Below the pieces are notes generated by a model. That model was not told the origin of the DNA. It did not search any database and was given only the letters and a program-made list of their open reading frames with translations. Source: Nemertoderma westbladi (taxonomy: Eukaryota; Animalia; Xenacoelomorpha). Taken from it: a stretch of DNA of 64,000 nucleotides. The translations under genes were made by a program, and so were the position numbers. The stretch spans positions 167,186 to 231,185 of the forward strand of contig JAUCBJ010007028.1 in NCBI GenBank assembly GCA_032718475.1, given 5' to 3'. This document shows positions 23,850 to 35,111 of this stretch, in pieces (positions within the stretch are counted from its first letter, which is position 1; every line of letters begins with the position of its first letter).

Positions 23850-26800
23850 ATGGCAGCTTGTTGTGGCTGCAACGGGAAGACTGGTCGGTGCAGGAAGTGC
23901 GTCTGCGCGAAAGCACATAGAGACTGTAGTATCAGCTGCGCCGCGAGGAAGAACGGGAATTGTGAAAACGTCGGTACGTCGTTAGTTCAGCCGTCATCTT
24001 CCCAGCCACTGCCGGACCGGGGCTGTGCTGTTCAGTTAACGCGGACGTTCTTTTCTCAGCCATTAGATACATGTTCTCCGTCGGCAGATGAAACCTGGTT
24101 GGACAATGATGGAACGTTATTATCTCTCTCATCTTCATCTGTTGGCGTTAAGTCTGGGGCAATTCCTAGTCACGCTGGTGCTGGTCCCGAGCTGTCTGGT
24201 GCCTGTACTGGTCAGTCTGGTGTTGGCCCATGTTTGTCTGGGATGTCTACCGCGTCCTCGCCTGGACCCACGATGTCTACTGCGTCCCCGCCTGGACCCA
24301 CTACGTCTACCGCGCCCCCGCCTGGACCCACGATGTCTACCGCGTCCCCGCCTGGACCCACAATGTCTACCGCGTTCCCGCCTGGACCCACGATGTCTAC
24401 CGCGTCCCCGCCTGGACCCACGATGTCTACCGCGTCCCCGCCAGGACCCACGATGTCTACCGCGTCCCCTCCTGGACCCACGATGTCTACCGCGTCCCCG
24501 TCTGGACCTACACTGGCTTTAGTGGGTTGGTGTAATGGTAGATTCCCTGTTCACCAGTTAGATACCTCAATAAGACACGTATACGAAAATATTGTACATT
24601 GGAGGGCTAACTTGTTCCTGGTCCCCCCAGGTGCTATAGGTAGAGAACTGGTAAGCGAAATGTCGAGAATAGTGGGTCTAGCAACTATGGATAACCCACT
24701 ACGAAATGTTGCCCTATCGGCGTTGATGATACTGCCGGCGCTGCTCCTGCAGAAACCCAGCCGGACGTCTACAACGCCCACTCACAGGAGCGTGCTGGTG
24801 CGGAGGCTGGCGAGTTGGAAGAGGGCTGAGTTCCACGAACTGCTGGTCGAGGCTAGGGTTATCCAGTCTCATCGCCCAAAACGGCCGCGTCCGGAGTCTC
24901 AGAACGTCGCGCTCCAGAAAGCTTTTGTCCGCCATATGCTGACAGGGAACATCTCGGCAGCGACGAGGTGCCTGGGTCAGAAGATACGTTCACTGACAAA
25001 GATGGAGAGACAAAGGTGGTACGAGATGTGCTGCTAGATAAGCACCCACCCGCCAAACCGGCAGACGAGTCAATTCTGTTGGATGAGTTCGAGGGAGCAC
25101 CCGAGCACCACCCGGTAGTGTTTGAACAGCTGAATGGGCCATTAATCTTGACCAGCTTGTTAAGGATGAAGGGAAACGCCGCAGGTCCCTCTGGTATGGA
25201 TGTGCAGGGATGGAAACACCTTCTGACGAAGTTCCGCACTCAGTCCAACGAGTTATGCGATCAGTTAGCGCAGTTGGGCAGCGTAATGTCGCAGTCTCTC
25301 GTACCATCCGGTTCCCTGTCAGCTCTATTGTCTGCTCGACTCATCGCGTTGGACAAGAATCCAGGCGTCCGGCCCATCGGGATCGGAGAGGTTCTACGGC
25401 GGGTTATTGGGAAGGCGGCGATCCGGTGTATTCGCGAGGATCTCGAAGCTGTCGGCGGGTCCGTGCAGCTATGCCTTGGACAGAAGTCAGGGATCGAGTT
25501 CGCTGTCCATAGCCTTAACGACGCCTTTGACCGTGATGACTGTGATGGTGTTCTCCAAGTTGATGCCACTAACGCGTTTAACGCCCTCAACCGCCAGGGG
25601 GCGCTTCATAATATCCGCGTGGTGTGTCCCGGACTCCACACAATTGTATCAAATTGTTATAGCGAGCCGGCGCGGCTTTTTGTGGGTGGGGAAACCTTAC
25701 TGTCAGAGGAGGGAACGACTCAAGGGGACCCCGTAGCGATGGCCATGTATGGGTGTGGGGGAATGCCTTTGGTGAACGAGTTGGAACAGGGGTGCACCAC
25801 GGAGCAGCGGTGGTTCGCGGATGACGGGAACGCAGCGGGGAGTCTAACCGAACTCAGAAAGTTCTTCGACATCATCGCAGCGCGGGGGCCGCATTATGGG
25901 TATTACCCCACCAAGTACTGCCTCACGGTGAAGTCGGACAGGTTACTGGAGGCGGAGGATTTGTTCGCCGGCACCAACATTGCAATTAATATCGTTGGAA
26001 GTAAACTTCTCGGTGGCGTCATTGGCACTGAGGAGTTCCGTCGGCAGTTCCTTTTAGAGAAGGTCGCAGAGTTCGCAGCCGAGGTCGATCGGCTAGCAGA
26101 TATAGCCGCGGTGGATCCCCACTGCGCCTACGTGGGACTAGCGTTCGGGCTGGCCTGCTGGTGGCGGTACATAGCGCGGGTCGTACCGGGGGCGACGGAG
26201 CAGTTCGGGAAGCTTGAGGAGTCTGTAGGGCGGTTTCTCTGTCGCCTCACCGACCGGGCAGTTATTCTGACGGAGGAGCGAGAGTTGTTGTCGCTGCCGG
26301 TTCGCGACGGGGGGCTGAATGTCCCGGTCCCTCGGGATCTCGAGTCTCAATACCAGAACTCCCGCCGAGTCTGCGAACCGTTCGTAGGGGCCACCGCAGA
26401 TACGATGTCGGAAGTTCGGGAAGAGCAGATCGACATCATAAAGACGCTCAAAATAGTGACAGCAGCTGCAAACAAAGAAAACAAGGAAGAAGTGTGCAGT
26501 AAGCTGCCACAGAATCAACAGCAACTGTGTGATCTAGTGGGAGAGAAAGGAGCTTCAGCCTGGCTAAACTGTAAACCTATGACCTTACAGGATACTCACC
26601 TCGATAAGGAAGGGTTCCATGATTCCCTGTGCCTCCGCTACGGGTGGACGCCGCAAAATTTACCGTCTCGTTGTGCCTGTGGGGTGCGATTTACTTCGTC
26701 CCACGTGCTGTCGTGCCCCACCGGAGGGTTCCCCTACATACGGCACAACGAGATTCGCGATTTCGTCGCCGATACCCTGACGGAAGTGGCACACAATGTC

Positions 26801-27482
26801 GGGGTGGAACCGCTTCTGCAGCCACTATCGGGCGAGACGTTTAGCCATCGGTCGACATCGACGGACCAGCAGGCGAGGCTGGATGTGTCGGTGAGCGGAT
26901 TCTGGGGAAACCGTTTCCGGAAAACGTTCATCGACGTGTCTGTCTTCAACCCGCTGGCGGACACCAACGCCACGATGTCCCTTCCGGCATCCCACCTACA
27001 CCATGAGTCTCGCAAGAGGCTCAAATACGAAGAGCGGTTGAGGGAGGTGGAGCACGCCAGCTTCACTCCCCTTATATTCTCTGCGTTTGGTGGAGCTTCA
27101 CCGTCAGCCACACAGTTTATCAAGCGTCTCGCGTTGAAACTGGCTGACAAACGCGAGGTCCGCTATTCAGAGTGTGTTGTGTGGGTTCGCAGGAGGTTGA
27201 GTTTCGCCCTTTTGCGGTCAGCCCTCCTGTGCCTTCGCGGCTGTCGATCAGCTAAGCGGCGTCCGGTTCGGTGCGACGTGGAGTCGATCATCCACAGCAA
27301 TGCCGACTGCAACCCGGCGTAGGCGACTGTGGATAACAACCCTCCAAGTTTGGAGGACAGTCAGACAGTATCATATATTAACTGTAGTATTAATTTAACA
27401 GTGTATATTTGTCTGGTTGTTGGTGGTGGTTGCTATGCGATCTGATGTGCATCAGCTGTTTTTACAAGCTTTAATAATAAAT
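23850..27482 (+). mobile_element. CRE-like RLE-type non-LTR retrotransposon; single ORF broken by one frameshift near 25000
   Basis: Cys-rich N-terminus; RT motifs VRPIGIGE, DATNAFN, GTTQGDP, FADD; C-terminal CACG..H..C, RHN, RLDV..FIDV..E..K..KY restriction-like endonuclease; AATAATAAA end. 5' boundary not determined. Confidence 0.88.
24242..24510 (+). repeat. 30-bp coding tandem repeat x9 (TMSTASPPGP)
   Basis: CGATGTCTACCGCGTCCCCGCCTGGACCCA repeated in frame. Confidence 0.95.
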
Positions 27483-28381
27483 ATACGGCTATAGTCAATA
27501 TCCTCTTTATACATGATTTTATGAATTTTATCGGCTATTGACTATATATTGGAGATTCTCGAACTCTAATACACTTAATAGGGTGAATCTCCGCTCCCGT
27601 GATCTATTATTTAATGGAATTTTGGGGATATTATAAATTGTATAAAATGACAATTTATCAAATTCATTAAAAGAGATGAATTTAAATTTACTCCCATAAA
27701 TTTTATTATTTGATGTTGGAATAGACACAATTTTATTCCAGAACTTGTCTGGGGACGTTAACCACTGACTCTAAATTATTGTCTTTCAAGTATATCGGTG
27801 GGTACTGCAATATCTTAATCGACTAGAATTACAGATGGTCAAAAGGTTTAACAGGTTTATTTTGCGTTTTTCGCTACTGTTAAAGGGACATCACGCTACT
27901 ATATGTATTATTTAATATACGGTATGAGAGCAATATCGCACGAAGCAATGTCAGTGTGAAGAGGCAAGTTGTTTCCAAGGTCTACCCAGAGCTTGGTTTA
28001 GCCGAGACACGAGGATCTGAACTTTGCATTCCTAATACTCTGCCTACCAATAATACTTAAATATAGTAGGAGCTTTATTGTACTTTAATAAGTACGGACA
28101 TTTCATCTTACTGTAGTCTCGCATTTATAATATAATACGGACAGTAAGGAAAGAGAAAAAGAATTATTTCTCGCCGTCGCACTAAATATATAATATATAA
28201 GTAATTAAGTAATAAACACTAATATATATTGCACTAATCTACTAAACAATCGCTAAAATAACATAAATAAAATTAAAGAAAAACGATTATAATAAATTTA
28301 CATAATAATACATACCGGTACATAAATATAAAATAATAAAATAGATGAAATAATATAGTCACACACCCACTCCTGACGTTA

Positions 28382-28765
28382 TTACGTTGGGGAGCCCCTA
28401 GATGTTGGTTGGATTAGGGAAGTGGTCGTGGGAAGAGTATCTTGCTTACCATAGTTTCCGGAGAGTTCTCTGTCTCTTTCCAGTAAACATAAACGACCAA
28501 TTGGGCGGTTGAGCTGTTGCGTCTCGAAGACAATTCCCGGTTTCTTAAAGTTACGTCGCATGACAACGAGTTCTACCGATCGCACTAAACCATCATCTGA
28601 GATATGAGTCTTGATGATACGACCTGTCTGCCACCGCTTACGTGGAAGATCTAAATCCACAATAAGGTCCATGTCTCCGGCGCTGACGTTTTCTTGCTGC
28701 GCAAACCACTTTGTTCGAAGTTGTAGTGTGGGCAGATAATGTGTTTTCGAATTGGTCAGCAAAAC
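28382..28765 (-). pseudogene. Element A integrase C-terminus
   Basis: YLPTLQLRTKW, W..GRI...DGLVRSV, RPI..LC; continues the 46836 sequence across the TSD. Confidence 0.9.
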
Positions 28766-28770
28766 GACGG

Positions 28771-30286
28771 TGATAAACAACCGCGACACCTATACTAACA
28801 GCAGAACTGTTGAACAGACAAATACCCGTATACTTCTCTGCCAACCTAATGAGCTCTCGCCTAACCAATAAGACACAAAGACTGCCCTACTGTTAAGTAA
28901 AGGGGATCAGGAGCATGCTATTACTAAATGTAGGGCTGCTAAATACAATACCGCTACTTACCGTTAGATGGCGCTAATCTGCCGTCCGCTAATATATTTT
29001 ACTAAATTTACACGGCTCCTGCAAAATCGCTTGTTCCTTTCTCTACCGATTGCTCGATAGAGAGCTAACTGTTCGAATCTATGAGCCACGCGGGAATAAC
29101 CAAAACAATAAACCCGAGTCGGCTCCCTAAGCTTACTTAAGACGAGTGCGAGAGGCTTTGCACTCAGAGTATTCTTACGCCTAATGTTATCACTATCGAA
29201 GCACGCTATTGCCTACGCCTTTTCTAATCGCGAATACTGGGGGTTCCCTAACGGAATGTATGAATGCGAGAATATTTAAATAATCAAAATGATACAGTAA
29301 TTTGTCTCTACGTGGATAATACCATTCTGGGTCTAAACTTGCCTGCAGCTGGCTTTAGGCCAGCAAATTACTAGTGTGTTGTGCATACTGAATAATGCGA
29401 TCTAGCTTATTGCCCACTAATGCAAATAACCGCTTAGCGTGAATAGTTTACAGTACCCTAATTATTACTTTAGCTATTCTCCGCTATGCTGCGTACTAAT
29501 TCTTAATTTTACTAATCAATTACAGTCACAAATATGTAACAGCGTACTAATTACTAAGAGTTCCAGAATCCGTAATTCTAATTTATTACACAACAGGTTT
29601 CGCTAGTAATAGCCTAAAATGCCGTATTACTTTGACCTAATCAGTGATTAATTGTTGTAACTAAGAAATACGTAACAGATAGCAAAAATGGATTGAGTTG
29701 GAAGGTGGTGGTGGAACTACAGCTCTACCGGCAAACCGCCAATTTATAGGTGATCCGAGTGGGGTGATGCAATAAGGGTGACGCAATCGCTCTCCTATTG
29801 GCTCTCCAGTCCGCGCTAGCATTAGACCAACCTGGAAGCAGTTAGTCCAATAAGAAGGCCGGATTGTAGCCCTATTGCTTCCCAAACCCTCAAATTATTA
29901 CCATATATGGTAATGGATCATGTCCCTGGCTGCGGAATGGTCAGGATAGCGTCCCTATATGCTAGCCCTATCGAAGCTAATAACAGCAAGCACATATCCA
30001 GGGTCCAACTGAACTCGCTAACCTGGAACTATCTACCTATATCTTAATACAAAATTACGTAGGTAGGGCTACATACTATACAAAATGGATGAATTCAAAA
30101 TATATGGGCGTTTCAATTTCCCTATCTAAATATCACTGCGCTATTATGCCTTATCTAAAATATTATACTGCACAACGGACTAATATTGCATACAGTATAA
30201 CGGACTAATATATTATACTGCATAATGGACCAATATATTATACTGTATAATGGCTAATAATGTGTACAGCGCCATATACCGTAACA
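28771..30286 (-). repeat. 3' LTR of B (1516 bp, lacks a 696-bp segment)
   Basis: Direct repeat of 44619-46830, roughly 98% identical by eye outside the gap. Confidence 0.95.
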
Positions 30287-30955
30287 CCGCTCCAAGGGAA
30301 ATCATACAATGTTTCCCTCCAATTGTAGAAGAGTATAAGGTGATGTATACAAACAAAATAAATTTCTTCCAAATAATCTAAATACTTGATACTATAAATC
30401 CTATTAGTTACAAAATATTGCCATAGATATTGCATAATGAATTGCATACAAATTAAATTTTACAAATATTAACTCTCTCACTGTTTAACGATTATTACAT
30501 ACAAATTAAGTTTACAAAATATTGTTTCTCGTTCGTACTACATAATGATTACTACATACAAGATCGAATATAAAAAATTTTGCTAGGGCAAGTGAAAGGA
30601 GTAAGCCAAACCCGCAGGTTTGTCTCCCAATCACCTCCTTTGCCTCTCTCATAATATAAATTCAAAACAGCTCAACTAGTGTATATGAGTCTAGTCGGAT
30701 ATTTCTAGAATGCTACAATATACATCAGAGCAACAATGATGTATATATCTAGAGTCTGTCGCCCTGTGCTATAATGTATTATCGACCCGCTCCTGGGTTC
30801 TTTGGGCTCGCTACCCTCTTTCGCCCTCTTCCCAGATACACCAGTCTACCCCCTGTAGACTCTGTTGACGGCGTCCATTAGGCGTCACTCCCCGGAACCG
30901 GTGACGATGTTCCCTGATCCTTGACAGACTCCCGGCTGGTACTTCTACCTCGGCC

Positions 30956-33900
30956 TCATCCCAATCGAGCTCCTGTGGTCGCTTCCGCCAACTCCTCCTT
31001 CTGCAGTTGCACTCGCGCTTTTTTCGACGCCCCCTGCGCCTTGCGCTGCAACCTCTGCGCTTCTATAATAGAGTGATAGTGGTCGTCCTTGACTTGACGC
31101 TTGTCTTGGACCTCTCCTCCTGGTTCTTTCCGCAAGCCTTGAGCTCCAGCGGTCGTCGCTGTGGTTGCTGCGATCCTCTGTTCCTGTATCCTCTCAGCGG
31201 TCAATGACCCCACTGGCACATAAGTCAACAAGAATTCGTTGCGGTATTGAATAGCCGCCATCCTCCAATTGCCTCTCGCGCGTACCACCTTTCTAGTCTC
31301 CGAAAATACACCCTTTGTGATTCGATCGCAAATAGCAACGAAGTTCCAAGTGTACTTCTTATCCATATTTAGTTGTCTAAAGTATTCCCGGACTACGATA
31401 ACACCAGTGTTTTGTGGAAGGTCTTGAGCAGTTAGGATGAGCTCCTGATATTGTGGTAACGACTGTAGATATGGCTCGTACGCAACATGTGATGGGTCTA
31501 CCGCCCAAAATCCATATCCCGCTTTAAATGGTAACCAACGCATCTGCGCTTGAATATGGTAGTCGGCCACACTCTCCCACTTATCTAACATCTCCCGAAG
31601 TAGGTTAGCGCTATGGTTTTGGAAGGAATCATCTCGCAGCTGACATCTCGCGCTACGATGTCCCTTTACTCCACAATATCCGCATTGAGAAATGAAGACG
31701 GTGCACGTGTGAAAAGAATGGTCGGTCTCATTACACCAACGGCAGACCTTATGCGCCGCCTCTACTACTGCGTCGCACGACTTTTGATTGTGCCTTGTGC
31801 TGCCGCACAACTTACACCTACGCGCTTGTGGAAACCAGGCCCTCTCGTATATGAGGTCTCCAATCGGTTTCGCACTTCCTTCTTTCCCAATGTCTAATAC
31901 GATGTCGTCCTCTCCGGTCAGCGGAACAAAGTAAACATCCTCGCCCTTGTCCTCTATCTCCAATATTTCCTCCCGCGTTCGTTTCGGATATGTCTTCTCC
32001 ACCGGAAGATCTACTCCGAACACCTCTACTAACGTCTCCGGCCAACCCTCCTTAACGGGTCTATCAGCCTCCGAGTGGAAGGGAGTACCAAACCCGCGGG
32101 TTTGATTCCCAAACCACTTCTCCAAAGCCTCTGGCGTCGGATACTCCATCGACGGTCGGTCTCCCAAATCTCCGATGTTCTGTCGATATACTCCTTCGAA
32201 TATCGCTAATCCTCTCCTAACCATCAACGTATTCTCTAACGATTGGTTGAAGAACGGGGTTAAGAAACGCTTCATCACGTCGGATTGGATTCCCCCTTTC
32301 GAGCGAACGTATTGATCTCCTCCGAATACCAATGGATGACGCTTCAAAACTCGCGCAACAATATCCGCTAATAAACAAGTTACCATGTTCGACTCAAGCA
32401 CCAAATAATATTGTAGTGACGCACGGGGTGGCACGCAAATGTTCCAATACACTAACGCTTGCCGCTTGAAGTGGGATTTGAACTCCGCTCCCGGCGGCGT
32501 GTTGTATTCGACATACGCCTCCTCGTATTTCTTCTGCGTCTTTATCTTAAAGTCCCAATTATACAACAAATATGCTATAAAGCCCATACCAGTCTTGGCA
32601 GAGTTGGGATACTCCCTATAAATTCCCATATCCTGTGCCCATAGCAACAATAGCATGGTGTCGACAAATGGTCTCGGCAATCTATCTTCCAAGTCAGTCA
32701 TGGCGTTGAAGTCACTCTCCAAATCGCTCTGGACTCCCGATCCCACCTTGACGTAATCTTGGTTGAGAATAGCCTCTCTAACCTTCTTGGGTAACGCTCC
32801 GCTCCGTGCATACCTCCTCGCCTGCATACCTCCAAAATCTGCTCCCTAGGATCCTTCCCCCTCCGATATTGTGTCGTTATGATCGGCTCCGGTCTCTCTC
32901 GATCCGCCCTCACGCGCATAAACACATGAGTCACACCATTGGCCGCACGAATTTGAATGCACTTGCTAGTCAAACATTCCTGATGGGACCCTCCTTCATT
33001 GTCATAGAACATCACTCTCCAATCCTGCAGTGATTCCTCCGTTTTCCTCCACTGACGCTGAATCTCGTCTGATGGGGTCCACATGCGCTCGATAGCCTTG
33101 TGGTCATCATATCGGGTGTAAGAACGCTTCCTCCTCAGCCACGTCTGGTCTACCTCCTTGTCGTCTGGGAATGTAGCCACCACAACCCATACTTTGATGT
33201 ACTTGTCCAACCATCCAAACAGTTTGCTCTCCTTCCCTGGAGCTCCAATCTTATCCAATGTGTCATAATCCGTGATCTGCATTGGGACATCACGCAAGAA
33301 CTTCGCACATAAAACTTCCCGTAGACAGTCAACGTTCCAATGATCCGCCATTCTTACCATCGGCAAGAATTTTATCGCTTCTCGCGACTCCGGATGATCT
33401 ACCAATATCGCAGGTTCGTTGCTGTCGGAATAATACACCGGTCGGGGTTGAGATACGACCTGTGGAACAAATCCGGTCACTCTCCTCGTCTCCTCTTGAT
33501 GTCTATCCGCGGTCTTTTTATACTCCGCTATCCGCTTCTCAAATAACTCTTTCGCCTTCGCCGCTCGCTCCTCCTGCGCAACGCGTCTATGTCGTCCTGA
33601 TGCTCAGGCATGAGGCTTCTCACTCGGTGAGGCGAAGTAAACGCAGTCCAGGGACTCGAGAGCTCCAAACCCGCGGGTTTGGTACCTGAGTCCCGTGCCG
33701 CTTCACGCCGCGCCTCTAGATCCTTATAGGATCGGTACAGCGAAATGGCCGCTGCCGTCTCTATCAAACTGGGTGTCGAATAGGGTTTAATCTCCGTATA
33801 CGGATCTAATGTCGTAACGGTCGGCGTAATGGGTCTTGGAGGTCGCTTTCCGCTGAAGTCGATACTGATCATCGGGTTGCTCATCGGGTAACCTCCCTCG

Positions 33901-34425
33901 TTATATCTAAGGAACTGGTGAGCTGGACATCGCGTTAATATCGGTTCTGGATGTTGCTTGTCTAGTCGGTCGGGAATCGCCACGTCTTGTTTATTCATGC
34001 ATTCACCGCATTTGTAGAACAGCTTGTACATGCTGAAGATTTTCGGCGTCTCCTGATCCTCGCCTCGAGTCCTCCGGTACAGATGCATTCCGTCGAACTG
34101 ATCTCGGACTGCAGGTAGCGGCTCTTCGTGTCGTAAATACATATTCATATGGTACAGCCGTGCGAATTCCTCGTCCGGGTCTGCACTAATGCACTGTACG
34201 GTCCCCCAACGCTCTAATTCTTTCCCTCCGTAATTCCTTATCATAAGTGGGTTTGTATTTCCCATTTAGCTCCATCACCGACCGCCCATGGTAGTAAACG
34301 TTCGAATCTTTACATCCCGGTCGCGCAAATGGTAGCTCCGCCTCCTCTCTGGCAGTAAATCCTCTGCGCGGTTGCACTCTAATATCCTTCTCCATTATGC
34401 CCGCGTATATACATATATATCCCAA
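30956..34425 (-). pseudogene. Element B ORF3: Zn finger, DEDD/EXD-like exonuclease, three CCHC knuckles (frameshifted)
   Basis: ORFs 34186-34425, 33528-34265, 32698-33480 and 30956-32827; FYDNEG, CIQIR, LPKKVREAIL..YVKVGSGVQSDL, PFVDT, GMGFIAY, W..P..SLQYYLVLE; CKLCGSTRHNQKSC, CRWCNETDHSFHTC, CGYCGVKGHRSARC. Confidence 0.8.
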
Positions 34426-35111
34426 TAAGTGTTCCGTTACGTAACCAATTACACTGTGGGTAAATCAGTTAGATGTTGCCGAAAGACAGACCTCCCGAAC
34501 CCCCCCCCCCCCCCCCCCCCCCCGCTGCCTTCCAGCAGTTCAGGTTCCACTCTCTAGATCCCGTCTCTTCCTAACTAACTATCCTCTAACCTATTCCCAT
34601 GCATAGCGCAAAAACTTTGGAGATAAACTGGCCGTGACCAACTACTTTTTGATGCCCAAACTACTCCCATTATTCGTACTAAACTACAGTAGTTAGAAAG
34701 GACTATGGCCACAATACTCGACTATACCAAACCCACAGGTTTGATAATCGAATATCACACATCACTGCAAACTACTGAGTGGGGTCCATGTACGCCTCTG
34801 GTGCTACTAACCTTTAGCACCTTAGTTGTACTGTTGGCACCAATCTGTGGAAGTTGCTAAACTCAATTTACACTCCTACGTAATATAGCCGTCACCATCT
34901 AATTCTAAAACACGTCTATGTACAGCGTCTGGAATTGTCTTGGGTTCACTTCTAATTTTTTAAAATTTTAAATTTTCCAAAATTTTTTAAAATAAAATTT
35001 TGTTTTGATACCCACCAGACAAAACTCAACGCAAATCACCGCCAACCCGCTCCTATGCATTTCCTAGTATTTGCATACGAGGAATGCATACGAAGTGAGT
35101 TGCGTCTAACA

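Noticed and set aside
27879-27900. TTAAAGGGACA as a Kolobok-type transposon end
   Set aside because: No matching inverted end found.
30956-34425. ORF3 as an envelope gene or a second gag
   Set aside because: No evident signal peptide or transmembrane anchor; each element already has a gag with the BEL knuckle array; exonuclease-like motifs are present.
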